A DNA stretch of 64,000 nt from Heteronotia binoei (Eukaryota), in assembly GCF_032191835.1 (NCBI RefSeq), contig NC_083226.1:102672001-102736000 (forward strand). The letters run 5' to 3'. This document shows, piece after piece, positions 58,158-64,000 of the stretch. The notes below the pieces were generated by a model. The model saw nothing but the letters and a program-made list of their open reading frames with translations. It was not told the DNA's origin and ran no database searches. Each line of letters starts with the position of its first letter. Positions within the stretch are counted from its first letter, which is position 1. The position numbers were made by a program, and so were the translations under genes.

Positions 58158-58408
58158 TGGCTCAAATACTTTGGCCACCAAATGAGAAGGGAGCACTCAC
58201 TAGAGAAGATCCTGATGCTGGGAAAGACAGAAGGCAAAAGAAGAAGGGGATGGCAAAGGATGAGATGGCTGGACAGCGTTACGGATGTAACAAACACAAA
58301 TTTGAGCAGACTTCGGAGGATGGTGGAAGACAGGAGGGCCTGGCGTGACTTTGTCCATGGGGTCGCAAAGAGTCGGTCTCGACTGTGCAACTGAACAACA
58401 ACAACAAC
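58158..58408 (+). mobile_element. BovB (RTE) LINE 3' end
   Basis: SLEKILMLGKTEGKRRRGWQRMRWLD...AWRDFVHGVAKSR peptide, (CAA)n tail, TSD GAATCTGG. Confidence 0.88.
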
Positions 58409-58840
58409 GAATCTGGGGTAACCAACAGTACAAATCCTGAGAATCCATGCTTCAGAAACACATTTTTGCACCATGGTGACATGCCACAAAATAGTTGATA
58501 TATGATATTTGTGGTACAATCTGTAACTATGGACATACTACATGATTTGATGGTGAATTTGAGGTGACACAGAAATAATTAAGTTCCATGATTATCCATG
58601 CTTCAGACCCATGTTTTTGTGCCATGGCAGTGCCACAAAGCAGTGAATCTGTGACTTTTCTGGTGTAATCTGTGGCTATGGACATTAAATGTGATTTTAT
58701 GTTGAGTTTGGGAAGACCCCCGCACAAAAATCATGAGGATCCATGCTTTGGAATTACATTTTTGCATAATGGCCATGCCACAAAGTGGTAGATGAATTAT
58801 TTTTGTGGTGCTGCCTATAAACCAAGATATGATCTACAAT

Positions 58841-59217
58841 CAGGAGCAGCCCAAGGGCACCACATGCCCTAGGTGCCCCATTGCCCCCATTCTCTCCCAC
58901 CCTCGCTGCTGTCCTCACCGCCCTGCGCTGGCAGATGGCAAGGAGGGCACTCACTGCAGTGCCATTGCTCCAGCTTCCGAAAGCAGAATCAGAGTGACTC
59001 AATGGTGTGTGTGCCTCCCCACCCTCTGCCTTTGCCCATGCGGGGCCACTGGGAGGCAGCAGGGTGGAATGGGTGCCACGGAAGAGGCTGGGCAGCACAC
59101 GGTCTCTTCCAAGCTCCCAGGGGCCTCTCCTACAGGGAATTGCCCTGGAAGCAGGGGTGGGTGAGAGGGTCCAATCTGGCACCTTCCTCCAGCCCACACT
59201 CTAGGTGGCTGGCCCTG
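58841..59217. mobile_element. GC-rich MITE-like insert in the foldback
   Basis: CAGGAGCAGCCC...GGCTGGCCCTG degenerate TIRs; only 5 bp (ACAAT) duplicated. Confidence 0.5.
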
Positions 59218-60069
59218 ACAATATGACAGTGGTTTTATTTTGTTTCAATGTAAAAATCATATAAATTCATGAGGATCCATTTAAAGTTATCTAGATCCAA
59301 CTTTTACCCAAACCCTGAAGATAAAATGGAGAAGAGAATAATGTCAAATACTTTGAGAAAGCCAGAGTATTAAGTAAGTAAATAAATGCTGATATCTAAA
59401 TATAGCACTGTATATGTAAAGGCAGGATGATTGGGCATTCACTGTTACATTAACAAATATTTTGTAGATGCATGTAGTGGTGAAGATGTTATTCAAACAC
59501 TTAACAGCGCAATTCCAAAGAGAGTTATTCCATTCTAAGCCTATTCATTTCATGGAAGGAAGGGAGGGAAGGATGATTGAAAGAAAGATGGGGGGGAAGC
59601 AAATAGATGGGGAGATGGAGAGCAACTTTAACTTTAAATGCATTTTCTAAGCTGCCAGCTGGCTTAGCTTGCAGAAGTGATTTAAAGAGACAAATGCCTT
59701 CTCCAAGCTGTTCAGCAGGGTAGTGGGGGCTTCAAGAGCCACACAATATGTGTGAAAGAGCCACATGTGGCTCCTGAGCCACAGCTTGGCCACCTTTGGT
59801 GTATAACAGACTGCAATGGTGATTTGAAAGAGGGATCCCTTGCAATGGTGTGGATATTTATGTTATTTTTGCATAAACAGGTTTTGCAGATTTTTTGTAT
59901 TTTGATAAAAAGTCCATAAAACCTGTAACAAGAAGGGGACAAGAAAAAATACTGTACAAATTCTCAGATTACCTCAGTTTTTAAAAATATTGTTGATTTC
60001 CAGCTTTAGAAATTCTTCAACAAGGAATCTGGAGCTTTATGGTGTTGTTCATATAAAAAAAAAATTAAG

Positions 60070-60367
60070 AGCCCCTTGGTGCAGAGTGTTAAAGCTGCAG
60101 TACTGCAGCCCTAATCTCTGCTCATGACCTGAGCTCGATCCCCAGTGGAAGCTAGGTTTTCAGGTAGCCGGCTCAAGGTTGACTCAACCTTCCATCCTTC
60201 TGAGGCCGGTAAAATGAGTACCCAGCTTGCTGGGAAGCATAGATGACTGGGGAAGGCAATGGCAAACCACCCCGTAAAAAGTCTGCCGTGAAAACGTTGT
60301 GAAAGCAACATCATCCCAGATTCGGAAACGAATGGTGCTTGCACAGGGGACCTTTCCTTTTCCTTTC
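60070..60367 (+). mobile_element. Sauria SINE, near full length
   Basis: tRNA-like head, GGTAAAATGAGTACCCAGCTTGCTGGG core, GTGCTTGCACAGGGGAC-(CCTTT)n tail. Confidence 0.85.
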
Positions 60368-61550
60368 CTCATATAAAATTAGCTTCCCACAAGGTGGTGC
60401 CATTGTCTTTAGGTTGAAATCACTGCCCCAAAAATTGAAAATATTGTCAGTACAGTGATAGGAACTATGTCTGCCAAATCTTGAAAGACAATCTGATTCA
60501 ATATGTATTTACTAAAAAATAAATGTCACTGACTTTACTACTGTTATGTTGGTGTGCATAAGACTGCAGCAATTATGCAAGTCAATGTTAATAAAACAGA
60601 GTTTCCTTGAATATTGGGTTTCTCCAGCTTGCTACACACAAGATTTTCTTGAAGCAGATTTGGACCATGACTCAGAAACAATAATGGAGCATTTCTTTTC
60701 CTATCCTTTAATCTGAGTAAAGCTCCTTGACTAAAAATATTGAGCAGTCAAAAACCCATCTGTTAACTTGTATCATCTGGGAACAACATTAAACCAATGG
60801 AAAAATCTCACAATAGCGAGGGTAAGGTTTGGAATTCTGTAAGATAATAGGAGCAAAACTAACTTGTGATGAAACAAATATATATATATATTTTTAAAAA
60901 TTAGTTACTGTGTTAACCAATTTCTAAGGCTAACGTAAAGAGGACTCTCCAACAAAATATGTCTTAAAATACCAAGAACAATTACATTAACTGAAAAAAA
61001 GGTTGTAAATGGCAGCACAGAACTGACAAAAGCAGTCACAACCCTTGTTAAGCAACAGGGTAATGGATGTAAGAGGCAGAAATAGCATTAAGAACTGGGG
61101 TTTCCTTATCATGAAAGGTTCAACCAGAAGATATGGATGCCTACCATAGCTTTAAGGTACGTGAGACAACTGTGTTCTGAGATCAAGTGATTTTATGCAG
61201 GGTTTCTGTGGCAGAAATATTAACAAAAGTGCTTTCTTGTGCTGCAATCAGAGTAGCAGAGTGACAGCATAACAAGGGAGAGAAGCAAAAATTAATAAAT
61301 TGAGTATTTGGGCTGAATTTTAGGAGCATTTAGCACATAGATGGCACTTGATTGCTTAGGACATGTAGAATCCATGAGCATGTACCAGAAACATCATTTT
61401 GGATTTATTGTTTCAGTCCCAGATTAGCCTTTTCTTATGTGTCAGGATTTCTGCCAGCTGTGCACATCTGTCTCCTGTGCTGTAATAGCCCACAGTGTCC
61501 CCCAACTTTCCTGTTTCTAAGAAATTGGAGACTTCCTGGAAAAGAATTTG

Positions 61551-61699
61551 GGAGGGCATTTCAGGAAGCCATGGAGAAGGGAGACAAGAAAGTTGTGCTT
61601 TGAACCCACAGAGATGCTAGTCTGGAGGGCATTTCAGGAAGCCATGAGGAAGGGAGACAAGAAAGTTGTGCTTTGCACCCACAGAAATGCTAGCCTGGA
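61551..61699 (+). repeat. 73-bp tandem duplication (2 copies)
   Basis: GGAGGGCATTTCAGGAAGCCATG...CCACAGA.ATGCTAG.CT repeated at 61551 and 61624. Confidence 0.9.
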
Positions 61700-61973
61700 T
61701 CTAAGCCATCAACTGTAGGATTGAATTATGAAACCACAAAGTTGAAAGAAGTCACTTTCAAGAGGAGACAGGACTTTCAAAAGAAAGAGCAGGAGGCAGA
61801 TACAGAGCCAAAATCCAAGTGGTACATCACAGGCTAGGAGATAGGTTTACTAATGCCAGGTTAGAAAATTCCTAGAGATTTGGGAGTAGATCTTAGGGAG
61901 CAGGAGAGACACCGCAGTGGGTTAAATGCAATAGTGACCACCCTCCAAAATAGTCATTTTCTCCAAGGGAACT

Positions 61974-62229
61974 TGTAGTGTATCGGCAGCGTGTCAGGCC
62001 TTGCGCGACGGCGACCAGGTGGCTGGACGCCCAGCGCAAGGCACGACGAGCCCCGCCCATCACCAGCAGCGGCGGGAAGTTCAACAGGCCACTATTGGCC
62101 TGACCTGTCCAGTAGGCTGAACCGGGGGTTTGTATATAAGCGGGGCCCGGCCCGCATGTTCTCGCTCTTGCAACGTGCTCTCAATAAAGAATGTTGCCCG
62201 ACTTGCGTCTCCGGATTGAGTACGTTACA
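61974..62229 (+). mobile_element. 5' LTR of Ty3/Gypsy element
   Basis: TGTA...TACA termini, TATATAA 62133-62139, AATAAA 62183-62188, PBS immediately downstream. Confidence 0.88.
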
Positions 62230-62230
62230 C

Positions 62231-62250
62231 TGGCGACGAGGATGGGATTC
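62231..62250 (+). promoter_or_regulatory. Primer-binding site complementary to tRNA-Ser(GCU)
   Basis: TGGCGACGAGGATGGGATTC is the reverse complement of the recalled vertebrate tRNA-Ser(GCU) 3' end GAATCCCATCCTCGTCG-CCA. Confidence 0.85.
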
Positions 62251-62305
62251 TAGCCTCATCGGCTACTACGGAGATCGAGGGCAACCAACGACCACCACCG
62301 CCGCC

Positions 62306-64000
62306 ATGGCCACCCAGAGCGGGACCACCGGCTACATCGAGACATTCGACCCCGCCAATCCCGAGGGCTGGGAGTCCTACGCGGAGCGGGTCGAGTTCTA
62401 CCTCAGGGCCAACAAGATCACCGACGCCGGCACGAAGAGGGACGTTCTCCTAAGCGTCTGCGGGCCAGCCACATTCGAGATCGCCAAGGGTCTCTCGGCT
62501 CCCGTCCGCCTCACGGAGAAGTCCTACGAGGAGATCATCAGGCTCCTCACGGGCCATTTCTTGCCACAGCCTTCGCGGGTGGCCCGTCGGTTCCTGTTCC
62601 ACAGAAGGGACCAGGCAGTGGGGGAATCGGCCGCCGACTACCTGGCGGCTCTCTGCAAGATCGCCGGGAACTGCAACTTCCCCCAGCTGGATGAGACCCT
62701 GGCCGATCGCTTCACGTGGGGTCTCCGCGACGAGAGGCTCCAACAGAAGCTCTTCGCCAAGGAAGAGCTCACCCTACAGAGCGCCTTCAGCGAGGCTGTG
62801 GCGTTCGAGCGGACCTCAAAGACCTTTCCCAGGGGTCGGCCGGACGCCGTGCACCATGAGGACCTGGACCAGGATCGTCCAGAGGAGGGTGAAGCCCACC
62901 AGCTGCGCCGGCCACCAGCCGGCCCGCCCAACCGAGCTTCGCAGCGCCCCCGAGCGGCCGAACGGCCCCCATCGGCGGAAAGGCCGCCTGCCCCCAAGTG
63001 CGCCAGTTGTGGGGGCCCCCACGACAGGCGGGACTGCCAATACAGGACCTGGGACTGCCGGAGCTGCGGAAAGACCGGGCACATCGCGAGGGCCTGCCGG
63101 GCCAGAACGGGCCGTCGAAGGCCAGCCACACACCAAGAGTCGGCAGACTACCACTCCACTGCATCCACCTCCCTACAGGTACTGAACTTGCCCCCATGCG
63201 TCCCTAACAAAATCAAAATGGCGGTCCGCATCGAGGGCGCTCCATGCAAAATGGAGGTGGACTCGGGTTCCTCCATTTCGATTATATCGGAGGAGACCCT
63301 GAGAGACCTGTGCCCCGGGAGGTGGTTTCAGACAAGACCAGCGGACTTTGTTCTAAGAGACTTCCAGAAGAACCCGGTCCAGACCGCGGGGTGGGCCCGG
63401 GTGAACGTAGAGCGGGGGTCCTTCAAGGGGCGGTTGGACATTTTGGTGGTCAAGCGCCAGCTAACCACCCTGTTGGGGCTGGCATGGTTTAAACCCCTGG
63501 GAATACGGTTGGAGGGGGTGGGGCAAATCCTATCCACCAGCGGGGTCGGGGACGTATGCCGAGAGTTCCCCGATATGTTCGATGGGTCCCTGGGCAGTTA
63601 CAAGGGGCCAGCCATCTCCCTACCGCTGGACCCCACAGTCCGACCCATTAGGCTCAAGGCCAGGCGGGTGCCGTTCGCGCTCAAGCCTAAGATTGAGGCA
63701 GAACTGGACCGATTAACGGCCCAGGGGGTACTGGAGCCAGTAGAGTAGGCCACGTGGGAGACCCCAATAGTCACACCGGTTAAGCCCAACGGAGAGGTGC
63801 GCATATGCGCCGACTACAAATGCACCATAAACAGGGCACTTCAAGACAATCCGTACCCAGTCCCGGTAGTAAGCCACGTCCTGGCGGCCCTAGCCGGGTC
63901 TAAAATCTTTGGGAAGCTGGACCTGGCACAGGCCTATCAACAGCTCCCGGTAGACGAAAAAACGGCAGAGGCCCAAACCATAGTTACGCACAGGGGGGCT
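62306..64000 (+). pseudogene. Gypsy (Mag-like) gag-pro-pol single frame, one in-frame TAG, 3'-partial
   Basis: GCCGCCATGG start, gag with two CCHC knuckles (CASCGGPHDRRDC, CRSCGKTGHIARAC), protease EVDSGS, RT continuing in frame past TAG 63746-63748 (WETPIV, RICADYK, KLDLAQAYQQL). Confidence 0.92.

Larger units (their letters stand above)
56385..59281. repeat. Foldback structure of ~145-bp degenerate tandem units in inverted arms
   Basis: Five ATGGATCCTCA-oriented units on the left, nine TGAGGATCCAT-oriented units on the right; 56528-56580 vs 59229-59281 are 50/53 inverted. Confidence 0.8.

Noticed and set aside
40253-61699. CRISPR-like arrays (40253-40337, 56385-59281, 61551-61699)
   Set aside because: Vertebrate DNA, no unique spacers between identical repeats, and no cas genes.
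63746-63748. Programmed gag-pol stop-codon readthrough
   Set aside because: The stop lies inside the RT domain rather than at the gag/protease boundary, so a point mutation or sequence error is more likely.

Overview
Vertebrate genomic DNA from a squamate reptile, probably a gecko-like lizard (inferred from Sauria SINE, BovB and 5S-SINE content). The window holds the 5' 24 coding exons of the RNA helicase / m6A-reader gene YTHDC2 on the minus strand: ATG at 55314, exon 24 ending at 3026, 1122 spliced codons with consistent phases. The remaining exons, including the YTH domain, lie beyond coordinate 1. Introns and upstream DNA are dense with transposable elements. These include two different full-length but decayed DIRS1-type tyrosine-recombinase retrotransposons (8172-14192, 20156-25679; both with inverted terminal repeats, ICR, gag-like ORF, RT/RNase H, Dam-like methylase and YR), two L1 pieces, a young Mag-like Gypsy element running off the right edge, a Gmr1-like Gypsy remnant, two solo LTRs, many hAT MITEs with 8-bp TSDs, and L2/CR1/RTE/BovB/Penelope fragments and SINEs. 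I see no convincing wholly new biological system. The least-explained items are a ~2.9-kb foldback of ~145-bp tandem units upstream of the promoter, a shared splice-donor-like motif at the 3' ends of both DIRS elements, locally templated insertions, and an atypical GC-AG intron. Family names come from recalled consensus motifs, not database searches, and repeat boundaries without TSDs are approximate.
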